Shown here in pieces: positions 23,213-38,725 of a DNA stretch of 64,000 nt. The notes beneath the pieces were generated by a model. That model made no database searches. It saw only the letters and a list, made by a program, of their open reading frames with translations, and was not told where the DNA came from. Source of the stretch: Eledone cirrhosa (taxonomy: Eukaryota); the NCBI GenBank assembly GCA_964016885.1, contig OZ024743.1:281046001-281110000 (forward strand), given 5' to 3'. Position 1 is the stretch's first letter, and each line of letters starts with the position of its first letter. The translations under genes and the position numbers were made by a program.

Positions 23213-23284
23213 AAAACGCACACAAATCATTGGCTCAATATTGGAAACATATTTGACACACACACACACACGCACATATATATA

Positions 23285-23381
<97 letters not shown>

Positions 23382-23439
23382 AATATAGTTGGAGCAGCTG
23401 CACTTCTACATGTATAGTCTGTTTTACACCACTACAGAT

Positions 23440-24330
23440 TAAAAGCTTATTTGAGCTTTCTACACCAATGATAACACGCTCTCATATCACCATGAAAAGA
23501 CTGATAATTTTTCTAAGTTTATCACGACCACTAAGCTTTTGGAGTGTTTTCCATAACACATCAATATTCATTGAATCAAAAACCATAGTGAAGTCAACGA
23601 ACCTTTGATAGAGGTCAAGTATTTGCTCAATGCAAATGAGCAATTGTAAATAAGTTGAAATATAATGGAATTCATTCCTCGTCCAACGCGACAACATGGC
23701 TGACCTCGAGAAGAAGCGCGGTCCAATGTGAATAATTGTGCTATAACACTAGGGAGTGAAATGTTATGACAGTTATAACATATTATCTTAACACCTTTTC
23801 TTTTGTACAGCGCATCTCTGCAAGCTTGAGAAACTGTCGTTTTCTCATATGTTATAAATAATATTATTCAGAGGATTCCGCATTCTATTACATCATAGTT
23901 TGAGCCTTTCTACCGGATAGTTTTCCTTCTAAATTTGTATAACGTATGTCATTGGTTGTGTGTAGGTCATCAATAAAATGTTCTGCTGAAATTTGCTAAA
24001 AAAGCTAATTAGTTCTTGATGAGCAATATAGCTGATCAATAAAATATTCCATTCACCGTTTAAGGATCTTTTTTTAATCTTTGATGAGAAGGATCTTATT
24101 TGAATCCTTGTTAAATGTTTTGTCATGATTAGCCCTGATATGTGTACAGAAAATGGAGTGAGAGCCGTATAAAGATGATTCATAAAAGAGTAAAACTCCC
24201 TAGTATACTTTTTTCTGAATGTTTCTTGAAGATTATTTAATCTGCCACTTATTTTTCATGCGACTGGCTGAATTCTGAACCTTGACGTGTGTTACCATTC
24301 CGGCCAACACCAACCTTCTTACTATCAAAC
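23440..24330 (-). mobile_element. Highly decayed RTE-clade LINE (RT N-terminal region)
   Basis: QLLICIEQILDLYQRFVDFTMVFDSMNIDVLWKTLQKL resembles QLQEKC.EQ..DLY..FVDLTKAFD.V....LWK.L.KLG; upstream frameshifted linker. Confidence 0.7.
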
Positions 24331-24734
24331 AAAATCCTCCATTTTAAATAGTTCTTGTTTAAATTATAATCTTTCAAAATAATTTTAGTAGATCATTCCA
24401 AATTCTTCATTAATAAATTAATTTAAATAGAGTGTATTTTATTATAAATATGGTCACGAAAGGGTTAACAGTTTTATATTGGGCCAATAAATATGTATTT
24501 CCAAAATATACTCAATGCGTCCAAACATTTTAAAACGGATCGTATTAAACATAAAATACACAAAATTGAAAGGAGACGCAAGGAGAATAAAGCCCATAAA
24601 CAGTAGTAATTCCTTTAAATTACGATCCGATTCATCTCTCTATGACTGGTCTTGTTACTTACTCTCGTGGTTACATGAAATAGACCAGCAAGATAATAAA
24701 GGATTATTATCACCTTAAAGAACGTATATCTGCC

Positions 24735-25290
<556 letters not shown>

Positions 25291-25796
25291 ATATTAATAT
25301 TACAGTAATTCAATGCGAAATTAACCTTTAGTAATTTTTTAACTAAATTGTTATCATTTCCTAGACTAGCTTATTTTATCGATGATAATTCGATCAAATG
25401 ATTCAAAGCATTCAGCTACACACTCACTTCCGGTAACCTGAAAAGTTATTCGGAAGTTACCCCCTACTTACTCTCACCTTGTATCAATGATAACCTCAAA
25501 GAAAAATCCACATAGATGTCTCTCCTACCACCTCCACCACCACCAATGCCACAATCACCACCGCCACCACCATAACCATTATAGTCAACGTCATCGTTAT
25601 CATCAACATCATCATCAACATCATTATCATCATAATAATGCCATTGTCATCATCGTCACCACAACCAATATGACTTACTATCAACAACACCAAAAACAAG
25701 AATAGCAACATTAACAGCTTCACCATCACTCTCAACCACCATCAAGATCGTCAATGTTTCCACTGTATAATCACCAAAACATGAGTTGATTATTCT

Positions 25797-25877
<81 letters not shown>

Positions 25878-25944
25878 CATACATACATATATATATATAT
25901 ATGTATATATATACATACATATATATATATATATATGTATATAT

Positions 25945-25989
<45 letters not shown>

Positions 25990-26056
25990 CATACATATAT
26001 ATATATGTATATATATACATGTATATATATACATACATATATATATATGTATATAT

Positions 26057-26141
<85 letters not shown>

Positions 26142-26171
26142 CATATATATATATATATGTATGTATATATA

Positions 26172-26207
<36 letters not shown>

Positions 26208-26208
26208 C

Positions 26209-26239
<31 letters not shown>

Positions 26240-26250
26240 TACATACATAC

Positions 26251-26306
<56 letters not shown>

Positions 26307-26313
26307 GTGTGTG

Positions 26314-26344
<31 letters not shown>

Positions 26345-26366
26345 GTATGTATATATATATATATAT

Positions 26367-26430
<64 letters not shown>

Positions 26431-26519
26431 GTATGAATATATATACATACATATATATATATGTATGTATATATATACATACATATATATATATATATAT
26501 GAGTGTGTGTTTGCGTGTG

Positions 26520-26552
<33 letters not shown>

Positions 26553-26941
26553 ACAAACATACATATGTACATAAGTACACATACATATATACACAAGCCT
26601 AAGGCCTGATAGGAGGCTTAGATTTTGTCAAAGAGAACAGCCTGCATATCTACGGACATGGATGCAGCGAGGTGGTCCAGATGAATGAAACTCCCGAATA
26701 TCACATGATGTGTGTGCTTCCTTTACTTAATAACGTCATTTCCGCTAGGAAAGTTTTTGATCACCACCGATGAAAATTCGTTTATACTGATATCCTACTT
26801 TTTCCTGTAACTTCTACACTTTAGTTCAGTCCTGTTCGCTTTTACTTTTATTTACTAATATACCTGCTCTTTCATGTCTATGTATATACATATATATCAT
26901 ATATATATATATATTATATATGTGTGTGTATGTGTGTGTAA

Positions 26942-27075
<134 letters not shown>

Positions 27076-27254
27076 AAGTATATATCCCTACACGCAAAAA
27101 GCGTCCAGGGACACATGTATTGTCCAACCATATGCCAATGTGGTTCAATGGCTAGTTAATAAATTAACGAGCCAGAACATATATAATCAAGGTTTAGCAA
27201 ATAAGAAAAAGTTTCAAAATAAATTTCAAAAAATTCACTGTACTCACTATGGTT

Positions 27255-27341
27255 ACCTTTACCGAATCGGTTTCGAGTCTCAAAAATAAATGGCCAGTCC
27301 TTGCGGCCTTCCATTTTAAAGATAAACTCTCGTCAGAAGGT
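27255..27341 (-). ncRNA. Type-I hammerhead ribozyme (family H), left arm
   Basis: Inverse copy of 27831-27917. Confidence 0.85.
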
Positions 27342-27830
27342 TCTTTTCACTCGGAGAATATAAAATTCCCGAGTTCAAATTACGAACTGGCGTTATTCAA
27401 AATTGTTCCCGAGATGAGAATGAATGATGTGGAAGCAATTCTGTCCAGTGCCGTGTGTAAAGATAGAAGCAGAGGCAGGGAGGTCAGTCTACTACCACAA
27501 TAAATAGCAGCAGTCAAAACGACCAAATTTTATCTCGACCAAGAGGAGATTAATAATAATAAAGTATATATCCCTACACGCAAAAAGCGTCCAGGGACAC
27601 ATGTATTGTCGAACCATATGCCAATGTGGTTCAATGGCTAGTTAATAAATTAACGAGCCAGAACATATATATAGTGGTAGTAGACTGACCTCCCTGCATC
27701 TGCTTCTATGTTTACACACGGCACTGGACAGAATTGCTTCCACATCATTCATTCTCATCTCGGGAACAATTTTGAATAGCGCCAGTTCGTAATTTGAACT
27801 CGGGAATTTTATATTCTCCGAGTGAAAAGA

Positions 27831-27917
27831 ACCTTCTGACGAGAGTTTATCTTTAAAATGGAAGGCCGCAAGGACTGGCCATTTATTTTTGAGACTCGAA
27901 ACCGATTCGGTAAAGGT
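27831..27917 (+). ncRNA. Type-I hammerhead ribozyme (family H) with full stem III and extended stem II
   Basis: accuu-CUGACGA-gagu...(long insert)...acuc-GAAA-CCG-auu-CGG-UA-aaggu. Confidence 0.88.
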
Positions 27918-27966
27918 AACCATAGTGAGTACAGTGAATTTTTTGAAATTTATTTTGAAACTTTTT

Positions 27967-28038
<72 letters not shown>

Positions 28039-28055
28039 AAAAAGTTTCAAAATAA

Positions 28056-28137
<82 letters not shown>

Positions 28138-28304
28138 ACATATATATATACATGCATACATGCATGCATGCATACATGCACACATACATACATACATACA
28201 TACATACATACATACGTACATACATACATACATACATACATACATACATACATGCATACATACATTTATACATACATACATACATACATACATACATACA
28301 TACA

Positions 28305-28334
<30 letters not shown>

Positions 28335-28335
<1 letters not shown>

Positions 28336-29940
28336 GGTCTAACTGTTACACCAATATCTGATGAGGACTGCTACAGATACCTGGGGATAGATGAGAACAT
28401 ATCCTATAATGGTATCTGTAATAAAGAACGCGTAACCCGATTAAGAAAGATTTGGTCATCGGAACTCTCTGCGCAAAACAAAACAGTGGCTCACAGGCTC
28501 ACAATGTGTTTTATGTGCCTGTCCTAACACCAACGTTTGGAATACTCAATTGGACGATAGACGAAATGTTAGAACTCGAAAAATACTAAACAACACCGGA
28601 AACTTCCACATCAACAGTGACATAGACCGCCTTTACTTGAAACGTAAGCAGGGAGGCAGAGGCCTAACATCAGTCCAGACAGCATTTTAATGTCGCATCA
28701 TATCCCTCCGACAACATCTACGAACCTCGAAGCGTAGGAGCCCGTTTCTTGAGCAAGTCTATCTGCATGAAACAGATAGGCTCATGAGAGTTGGGAAGGA
28801 ACTCCTTGAGAGATATTCCCTGTGTGATAATCAAAGACTCACACCCAGGGAAGTCGCTCAGCAGTATCGCAGTGAATCCATGGGTGAAAAATTGCATGCT
28901 TATCAGCAAAAAATCATGCATGGATATGTTGCCAGGAAGCTCCAGAGTGAGTGTAATATAGATAAAGAAAGTAGTCTATCTTGGACCAACAACCGCTATA
29001 TTGGCTCCCACTTTGAAGGATACGCTTTTGCAATCCAAGAACAGGAGATTAACACGAAATACCTGATTCACAAAAGAGATAGGGATGCAGGCAAAACACC
29101 TAGATGTGATAACAAGTGCAGACTCTGCAGAACTTACATCGAGGATATCACTCATGTCATCAGCAGCTGTCCAAAGATGTCATCGCGGTACTATCTACCT
29201 ATGAGGCATGATGTACTGGCCAAAACACTGTACAATGCAGTTCGTAAAAAAGATAGCCTCAATAATAAACACATTAAAAGCTACAGCAATGTGGAAGACA
29301 TACACATACATAATATGAAAGAGTACTGGTGGAATGTTCCAGTAAAAACCCCAATAAAATGCAGATATAACAGACCAGATATTATGATATGGGACAGGGA
29401 GAAGAAAGCATGCACAGTAGTGGAAATTAGCTGCCCAGCAGATGCCAATATAATATCAAAGATTAGTGAAAAGGAAGATATTTATGCAGAACTGATGAGA
29501 AATCTGCAGATACTCCACCCTGATTACACATTCAGATTTATGCCTGTGATTATTGGGGCATTGGGGTATGTTAGTAACTGCCTCAATACAAATCTTGAGA
29601 AGCTAGGCTTCACAGGAACAGAAAGAACAGAACTAGTTAGGAAATTACAAGTACAATCCATTAATGGAACAGTAAAAATATGTAAAACATTCCAAAAATG
29701 TTGCATCTAATAACTGCATATACACATGTACAGATACAAAGCATATACACATGCACACATACAACTCAAAACATACACATCCACACATACAATAACATCC
29801 ATATTTACACATGCATGCATACATACATATCTACCTAGTTGATGTTGTGGAAATTCCAATGAGAGAGTCTTGTGTCTATGTTAGAAACCGACTCTCTCTC
29901 TATTGGGAAAAATTTGTGAAATTATAAAACCAGAAGAACA
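28335..29940 (+). mobile_element. R4/Dong-like RLE non-LTR retrotransposon, 5'-truncated, in (CATA)n
   Basis: YRYLGI and RLYLKRKQGGRGL (RT end); CRLC....EDITHVISSC zinc knuckle; RHD; NRPDI..WD....VVEISCP...K...K..Y RLE motif; PVIIGALG. Confidence 0.88.
28784..29710 (+). pseudogene. Uninterrupted 308-codon C-terminal part (CCHC + restriction-like endonuclease) of the R4-like ORF
   Basis: ORF-track translation with the motifs above; the upstream portion has frameshifts and stops. Confidence 0.85.
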
Positions 29941-30314
29941 TACACACATACAGGCATATATACATACACGTATCTTCAAAGAGGAATCGAACTGGTATTC
30001 TTGCCGTTTAATGCCACAAGGCTATGTACGTGTATGCTTTACTGTTGAAGGATGAAAGGCATTGTCTACAACTCCTTTAGGACATCACAAACGAGGGAGG
30101 TCAATGAACGGCAGTCTCTATAACCTCATTAGTACCTCACAAACTAGATATATCGATGGGATAGTGTTCAGTTTGAACTTCATGTAGAGTAGGGAATAGT
30201 TATGGTGTCTGTCTCAAATGGGTCGTCAAATCATAGGGAGGATGTTGATGATGATTATGATGATGATAATGTTGATGATGAGGATGTTGATGATGATTAT
30301 GATGATGATAATGC

Positions 30315-30360
<46 letters not shown>

Positions 30361-30700
30361 AATTGTTTCTACTATTGGCACAAGGCCAGCAATTATATCA
30401 GTACATTACTGGTACTTTATTTTATCGACCCCGTAAGGATGAAGTTAACCTCGGCGGGATTTGAACTCAGAATGGCAAGGGCCGTAACTCTATGCATCAA
30501 AGCATGGCGTCCGACCCTCTACCGATACTGCCAATTTACGTGATGATGATAATGATAATGTATTAGTAGAGAGGGAATTCTAGAAATTTTATTTGTGGTG
30601 TTATATAATGGGGAGTGACGAAAATAGAAATAGGTGCTTCAAATGGGTTTATGTGAAGGTAGTACAAAGTTTAGAAACCGGTGTATTTTCCAATGAAGAT

Positions 30701-30762
<62 letters not shown>

Positions 30763-30848
30763 TACGAGTGCATATATATATATATGTATATATGTAACTA
30801 AACAATGTACGAATCCGAATTATCGGCTTTTGAATCGCTGAGAATATA

Positions 30849-31062
30849 TGTATATATATAAGTATAAAGAAAGTGCTAAAGGGCACAAATGCTATAAAGA
30901 TAGATTATAAAATAGGGTGAAGATCCTTAAAAGACGGAAAAAGAAGCTGCCAACGAACTGTATGAGGAATTGAACCCCATATCTTCCAGATACCAGTTTT
31001 ATTAGGTATTTTTAAAGCATTTCTGCGCTTGCGCACTTTCTTTATACTTATATATATATACA
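30849..31062. repeat. Small foldback with ~28-bp arms in TA-rich context
   Basis: atatataagtataaagaaagtgc is the inverse of gcactttctttatacttatatat. Confidence 0.6.
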
Positions 31063-31145
31063 TATATATATGTGTATATATATGTGTATATATATATTTA
31101 TATATATATATATATATGTATGTATTTATATATTTACCCACACAG

Positions 31146-31175
<30 letters not shown>

Positions 31176-31176
<1 letters not shown>

Positions 31177-31228
31177 AGGGTGAAAGCAGCGATTCTTTGC
31201 TTAAACTTTAATCTGTTATTTTAATAAA
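31176..31228 (+). mobile_element. ~50-bp fragment of the PLE1 pLTR (family C) in (TA)n
   Basis: aagggtgaaagcagcgattctttgcttaaactttaatctgttattttaataaat is the inverse of ~11170-11222. Confidence 0.85.
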
Positions 31229-31229
31229 T

Positions 31230-31260
<31 letters not shown>

Positions 31261-31268
31261 AATATATG

Positions 31269-31387
<119 letters not shown>

Positions 31388-31392
31388 TATAT

Positions 31393-31424
<32 letters not shown>

Positions 31425-31440
31425 GTATATAAATATATAT

Positions 31441-31619
<179 letters not shown>

Positions 31620-31974
31620 TATAGATATATTGTTTATAGTTAAAACAGGGCCATGGGGGAAAAATATTCACTATTACCCCTTATCTCGTTGCATTCATTA
31701 CTCACTTAATGAGACCAGATTTAAACGTATTAAACGTGTAAATCTGTACTGTGTGCCTACGGAGGGTTATTTGTAATGAGGGCAATTGCACATTTTCTCG
31801 ACCATGGTTTCCATGATATAGACTGATTAAATAAGTGAATTTGGGACTTGCTTTACACAACGGCTGCACTGTACAAAATGTACAGACCTTTAACTATATC
31901 CCTTTATCAACGGGCACTCTCCGGATCATAACAGAGGGCGAAAGTAGCCAAATATATATATACACACACATATT

Positions 31975-32031
<57 letters not shown>

Positions 32032-32376
32032 TCGCAATTGCGTAAATAAATTAAATTGAATTATCAAAGTATCGAAACAACACGTCACACTCGATGATAT
32101 TTTTGCTGTCCGTGACAAGAGGCTCAGGGGACATATATATTAATAATTATTTAGAAAGTTGGAGTTACTTACAAGATTTTATGGTTATCAAATCAAGAAA
32201 TCTGTTCCGTTAAGATATTCGACATTATATTAAGAAGCAATGAATAATCTGAGGTTATCTGATCAACTAAAATAACCATGGATATTTACCAGGCAACATC
32301 GAACTTAGGTTACAATGCTATATGTGTGATTGATTGTGTATGTACGAAAAAGAAACTCACACACACGTACACACAC

Positions 32377-32408
<32 letters not shown>

Positions 32409-32436
32409 ATGTGTGTGTGTGTGTGCATGCGTGCGT

Positions 32437-32468
<32 letters not shown>

Positions 32469-32989
32469 ACGTATGTATGTATGGACATACGAAATTTGTT
32501 TTTTGTTTTTTTTTACTTTGAAAAAGACCGATATAGGTGAACATTGAGTTTACAAACGAATAAAACAGTTTTAAATCACATGCCTTCTTAAAAGGGTTCC
32601 AAGTTTTCTAAAAAATTAAAAAAACAACTTTCAAATACGTTTAAAATGTATTGCAACGCTTCAAAAGCGTAATTTTTCACTATTACCTAATAATAAACAA
32701 ACACACACACGCATATATTTTTAGGAGAGGCAGTTATATCTGTCATAGAATTTTGTAATTTTAGTATATCATTACTATACATCTAATAAACTGATCTGCC
32801 AACTCTTGTTATTTCAAAATGAGGGAGACAGCTGTAACAGCAATTTGAATACACCTTATTAAACACTGCTTGTCACAGCTGATTAGTTTACAGAATGTAG
32901 TCGGGACGTGAAGACCATTTGGAAGCTCACTATGCAATAAAGTTTTGGTAAACTAGGCAAATATGCTTATGAAATGCTCTAGACTGCTT

Positions 32990-34520
32990 ATGGAGTAACT
33001 TGTATGATCCGAGCATGTTAAAGAGGAGATGAGAGACAATGAAAGGTGTGGGAGAGAGAGGAATATTAGAAGATCAACGTTGGTTGAGAAAATGTACAAT
33101 TTTCTGGATGAATACTGTTGTGCATCTTTAAAGACAATAAGCATACACTTTGGATTTGGTGAGACAACTGTTTTCGTCTTCTTCTTCTTCTTCTTCTTCT
33201 TCTTCTTCTTCTTCTTCTTCTTCTTCTTCTTCTTCTTCTTCTTCTTCTTCTTCTTCTTCTTCACCCACTTAACCCTGAAAGGGTCGTGAGGGGCATAGTC
33301 CTCAAACACTCTTTCCAACGGGCCCTGTCAGAAGAAACCGTCTCCAGCTAATCCGGCTTGATCCTCAAGTGAGACCAGCCAAGCTCATAGATGTTATCCA
33401 ACCATCATGCTCGGGGTCTACCCCTAGGTCTCCTGTAGGTTGGATTTACCCGTAAAATCTGTTCAGCGATTCTCTCCTGAGACATTCTAGCCATATGCCC
33501 ATAGTATCTGAACTGTGATCTCTCGATTCGGAGAAGTAGCAGCTCTACCTGGAGAGATCCTTTGATCTCCGAGCTACGCACTCCATCGAGTAACGTTACT
33601 CCAAAGACGCTTCGGAGGATCACCATTTCGGCTGCTTGTATTCGCAATCACATTCTTTCGGTCATTACCCAAGATTCATAACAATAGGTAAGGGTTAGCA
33701 CGAATACCGAATTGAACATAGCTCAAATGTGACAAGGCTGCTGGGGAAGATGAAATCCGGTCCGAGATGTTAAAAGCCTTAAATAGAGAAGATATTCTCT
33801 GGCTGACTCGTGTAGGCTGAGTGGCCTGGAACCCTGGAAAGGCACTTAAGCAATGGCAATAGGGAGTGATAATCCCAATTTTCAAAAGGGGAGACAAGAG
33901 AGAATGTTCCAATTACAGAGGGATCTTTTTGTTAAATCTCCCCGGTAAAGTCTATGCTAAGTGTCTGGCAAAGAGATGCAGGGAGATTGTTGAGTCCAAG
34001 CTAGCTGTTGAGGAGTGTGGTTTCCGCTCCGAACGCAGCACAGCTGACCAAATATTCACACTGCGGCAGGTCCTGAGAAATCATGGAAGTATTGCCAAGA
34101 GGAATATTCTTGTTTTGTATGGCAACTGTGCACAGAATTATTCATGAAGATCTGAACATGCAGAAAATGATGCAAACTTTGTTCCCAGGGTTCTCAGTGA
34201 CAAACAGAAGGAAGGACAGAGATTGGCATCAAAATTGTCCCCTCACCCTCGCTACAGTCCAGACCTTGCTCCCTGTGACATTTGGTTGTTCCCCAAGCTG
34301 AACGAGAACCTCGGGAGCAGTCATTTTAAAGACATTAAGAAGGTGAAGTAAACTGTGACTAGGGTTCTGGACACCTTCACTTTGAAGGACTTCCATGGGC
34401 CTTCAGGAAGTGGTTGGAACACTACAACTAGTGCATTGAAGTCAGAGGATCCTACTTTGAAAGTGTTTAGAGTTTTGTACTTCTTTAGTACTCAAAACTT
34501 CCTAAATGCACCTTCCTGTT
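32990..34520 (+). mobile_element. Mariner transposase remnant interrupted by an RTE insertion
   Basis: DNERCGR...LVEK...FLDE....S..TI...FG.G..T before the insertion; TVHRIIHEDLNM.K...FVPRVLS and HP.YSPDLAPCDIWLFPKL after it. Confidence 0.8.
33172..34110. mobile_element. RTE LINE insertion with (GAA)n tail and inverted 5' part
   Basis: 33265-33718 minus: RIQAAEM..LR...G.T..D..RS.EI...GH..RM...R.RGRPR, with tail (GAA)n at 33177-33262. 33720-34090 plus: KAAGEDEI..EMLK, IIPIFKRGD..ECSNYRGI.LL..PGKVY, GFR..RSTADQIFTLRQ. Confidence 0.88.
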
Positions 34521-34839
34521 TGCATTTTGAATAAGAGTGGAGGCCGCTAGGAAGTTGTTTACGAAGGAGTTTGTGTCCTGTTCCGTTGCTGCTGTTTTTT
34601 TTTGTTTTGTTTTTTTTTGTTGTTGTTTTTTTGTTGTTTTTTTTTTGTTGTTGTTTTTTTTGGGGGGGGGTCTATTGTTGCAGTTTCTATTGATGTTGCT
34701 GGTTTTGCTGCCTCTATTGAGGCTGCTATTTCTACCGTAGCTGCTATTGTCACTTTTACCTTTGGTATTGCAGCAGCTGTTACTGGTGTTACTATTATAA
34801 TTGTTGTTGTTTTGCTGTGGGTGTTGTATTATCAGCAGT

Positions 34840-35370
34840 GCGGGTCTTTTCTGTTGTGGGCAGAAAGCACTCATGTAGTCGCCGCTTCCACCTGAGTCTT
34901 CTACCTGCCAACATAACATTTAGTTGTGCCTCTATTTAGATCAATACCTTTGTCAAAATACTGGACCAATTTTCCTGCACGTCTATCTTCAAATTCATCA
35001 GCGTGTCCCCTCCAGCAAAGACAATGCACGTCACCATCTACCATCCAAATCTGGCGGCATGCCCATCACCTTACTATTTGCTTGCTCAAGTAGGTGAAGA
35101 GGATATATTTTCTCCTGCATGCGATCTTGAAGTATTTTTTCACAATGGCCTCCGAGAGGAATTAGACTTCGACATTGCTGTATTGTGTGGTTCAAACGAC
35201 GACGTCGATGTTATTCCTCATTACTTTCTCAAAAACCTTTCAATTTCTGTATTTGCTGTCTTTGGTGTTTCCAACCCAGTGGGATGCGATGGTTTTTCAA
35301 GTTACCCTCACTAAATAGTCCTTGGGTATGTCTTTTTAGGTCCAGCTTTTCGGCATCACTTAAGAATTTG
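34840..35370 (-). mobile_element. Degraded LINE ORF1-like remnant
   Basis: Frameshifted LNVMLAGRR....DYMSAFCPQ, resembling the V.V.GR.P.C..C...GH....CP knuckle region. Confidence 0.4.
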
Positions 35371-36084
35371 TTTTTTCTTCAATGCAGATATTTTCAAACG
35401 TTTTTGTAGTTCCTACAATGCTGGTATTGGGGGTTTCGTTTATGTGGATGGAGCTGTTGCTGTTAATCTCTACGGCCATATTGGATATGGTAGTAGCAGT
35501 AACGGCGGCGGTGGCGATTGTGGTGGTGAAAAGCGTAGAAGCAGTTCTCACTATTTCTCCCGTTGTTGAAGTAGTAGATGCAGTTGTTGTTGCTTTTTTC
35601 ACTTTTATTTGTTGCGGTGATGTTGGTAGAAAAGTATAAGAAGAGTGGAAAACCATTGTTTAGGGACAAAAATTTGGAGTGGGAAAAACAACTCTCATCT
35701 CTTGCTTATATTTAGGAAAAAATAAAAATCGTTTTCTTCAATTAACAATTGTTTTCTTCAAAATTAAACCCCGCGGGGAAAAAACATATTGAGGTGATTC
35801 AGGATCTTAAACGGCTTACCAGCAAAACAGTATATGAAATCAAACACACAATCCAAATTAATGAATAAAATACAAAACTTAGTAGTCGAAATGAAGCACA
35901 TTTGAATAAACCGAGCAATAACAATAATTTCTACTAGAGGGGAAGTCGCTTAAATCTACCCCAGTGCGTAACTGGTACTTTATTTCATAGACTCAGAACT
36001 TAAAGGGGCATAACTCAATACCGTAAAGCATATTGTCTAACGCTCTACTCATAATAAAATTATTATTATTATTATTATTATTAT

Positions 36085-36216
36085 TATTTTGTTATTGTTA
36101 TTTATATTGTTTACTCGATTTTTCTGTAAAACCCCACTGTCTCTTGTATTGTCCCCTATATGTCGGCCCTTGTGGCCAATAAATGAAATCCTTATTATTA
36201 TTATTATTATTATTAT

Positions 36217-36220
<4 letters not shown>
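36085..36220 (+). mobile_element. 3' terminus of L1/Tx1-like LINE (same family as 62500-62615)
   Basis: tattgtttactcgatttttctgtaaa..ccccactgtctc...tatgtcggcccttgtggccaataaa followed by (TTA)n. Confidence 0.75.
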
Positions 36221-36275
<55 letters not shown>

Positions 36276-37048
36276 TTGTTCTAAATCTGTCTTGATCATT
36301 TTAAAGTTGTATACAGGAAATTTTGAAATGTAATCTCACTCAGCTGAATGGATCAGCAAATTAAAGTGTGTGTATGTATGTATGGAGGATGAAATAATGA
36401 TGGCGGTAGCGGTGGGAAACTAAAAATATAACTTGAAGAAAGATAAAAGTTAAATATATACAAAAATTAGAATAAAAAATTCACACAAATTATCACGAAG
36501 AATCCTCATATATTACGAAAATGGTAAAAGAGAAAAAATAACGTTATCCATACTGATATTGTAAAATAACTTACACAATATCGTAGATGTTTCCGTATCA
36601 CATATACATATGAAGCGCACATTTTTGAGAGAGTTACCGCCATTGTTAATTCAGATTGCAATTACAGATTAAGAAGAAAACCTCAAACTTAGACAGCTGA
36701 CCAAAAAAAAAATATAATGACGTTTCTCCGAACAAACACAGCAAAAATAACCCTCAAAACAACACCCCCCCACACACACACACACACATACACACACACA
36801 CACACACACTCTCACTCATATCCACACACATACTCTCACACCTTCACACGCGCACATCCACACACACTCACACACAAACACACACACACAAAAACGCACA
36901 CACATACACACACACACTCTCACACACTCACACACGCACAAACACAAATACATACAAACACACATTAAAAGTACACAGAAGCAGACAAAAATACATCACA
37001 TTTTTCTGTTGTCTTTCTTTTCACCTGTTAATTTTTATTATTCATTTT

Positions 37049-37097
<49 letters not shown>

Positions 37098-37575
37098 CGT
37101 CATCGTCATCATCATCATCATCATCATCATAATCATCATCATTGTCACTATTATTATTATTGAGTTATTTGATGCGGTTTATTTTTCGGGTTTTGTTTGT
37201 TTTCGATTTTTGTTTTTTATATAAATATTTATCAGAATAATGGAAAAATTAAAATGATAATAATGTGTGAAAGATCATTCGACTCAATTTGACAGGGGGA
37301 CATTGCAAAACGATAAGTGGCGCGGGGATATAACCGAGAAGACCTGACTTAGAATTTATCGCTGCTTCAAACTACTTCCACCTCATCATCCATCCATCTA
37401 TCCATCCATCCTTCCATACTTCCATACATCCATCTTTGATTCTACACATACACACACATATACACACACATATAAACACACATATAAACACACACACATA
37501 CATATACACACACATATAGACACACACATACACACACATACACACACATACACCTACACACATACACACACATAG

Positions 37576-37647
<72 letters not shown>

Positions 37648-38005
37648 ACACACACGCACACACATACATACACACACCATGCTATTACATTAGTTTATTT
37701 TCGATGATCAAAGTATCGATTCGGGTAGCTTTATGTTATTTTATTTTATTATGCATATTTTTCATGTTTGTTCGTAAAATCTTTTTATATTTTATTTTGT
37801 TTCTATACTCTTTCTTTTTGTATTTTAAAAGATGTTTTTTCCCCATTTTGTTGTTTTTGTTGTAGAAAAAACATTTTTTATTTGTTATTCATTTTTTTTT
37901 TTTTAAATTTGTTTTCATAAATTTTTATGAGTTGAAATATTTTTTTTACTCAATTTCACTTTTCTCTCTCTCTCTCTCTCTCTCTTTCTCCCTCTCTCTT
38001 CCCTC

Positions 38006-38084
<79 letters not shown>

Positions 38085-38089
<5 letters not shown>

Positions 38090-38632
38090 TGTATATATAG
38101 TGTATTTTGCAATACACTGTATGCTTAATTAAAGGCATTTCGAAGACCTTACGCTATTGTTTTAGAGTAGTGACAGTCTCACTTACTTTAATTTTCAGCA
38201 AACCGGGGAGATAAAGCTGACAGAGCTCTGTTTCGTACTTTTTGGTGCTTATCAAAGCTAAGTACTCCGCCTGTTTGCCGAAAATCATAAATGTTTGATT
38301 CTTATAGAATTCTAGTAATAATCAGGAACTGATTATACAGAGCGGTTACCGGTCAAGCAGAAATTGAAAATTAGAATTGGTGCTCTGTATGATCAGTTCC
38401 TGATTATTACTAGAATACTATAAGAATCATGATTTTCGGCAAACAGGCGGAGTACTTAGCTTTGAAAAGCACCCAAAAGTGCGAAACAGAACTCTGTCAG
38501 CTTTATCTCCCCTGTTTGCTGAAAATTAAAGTAAGTGAGACTGTCACTACTCTAAAACAATAGCGCAAGGTCTTCGAAATACTTTTAATTAAGCATACAG
38601 TGTATTGCAAAATACACTAAATATACATTCAT
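38085..38632. mobile_element. Family J foldback (~250-bp arms, ~40-bp spacer) in (TA)n
   Basis: 38085-38343 is the inverse of 38382-38632. Degenerate hammerhead-like CUGAAAA...GAAA at 38519-38579. Confidence 0.9.
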
Positions 38633-38659
38633 ATATATATCGCTATTTCAGAGCACCAA

Positions 38660-38723
<64 letters not shown>

Positions 38724-38725
38724 TT

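Noticed and set aside
27249-27923. Duplicated 84/93-aa ORF in the family H arms
   Set aside because: Identity is explained by the inverted duplication; antisense to the ribozyme; no recognisable domain.
32515-32550. Additional hammerhead-like traces (also ~17290-17330, ~30914-30940, ~39206-39250)
   Set aside because: Core boxes or stems too degenerate to support.
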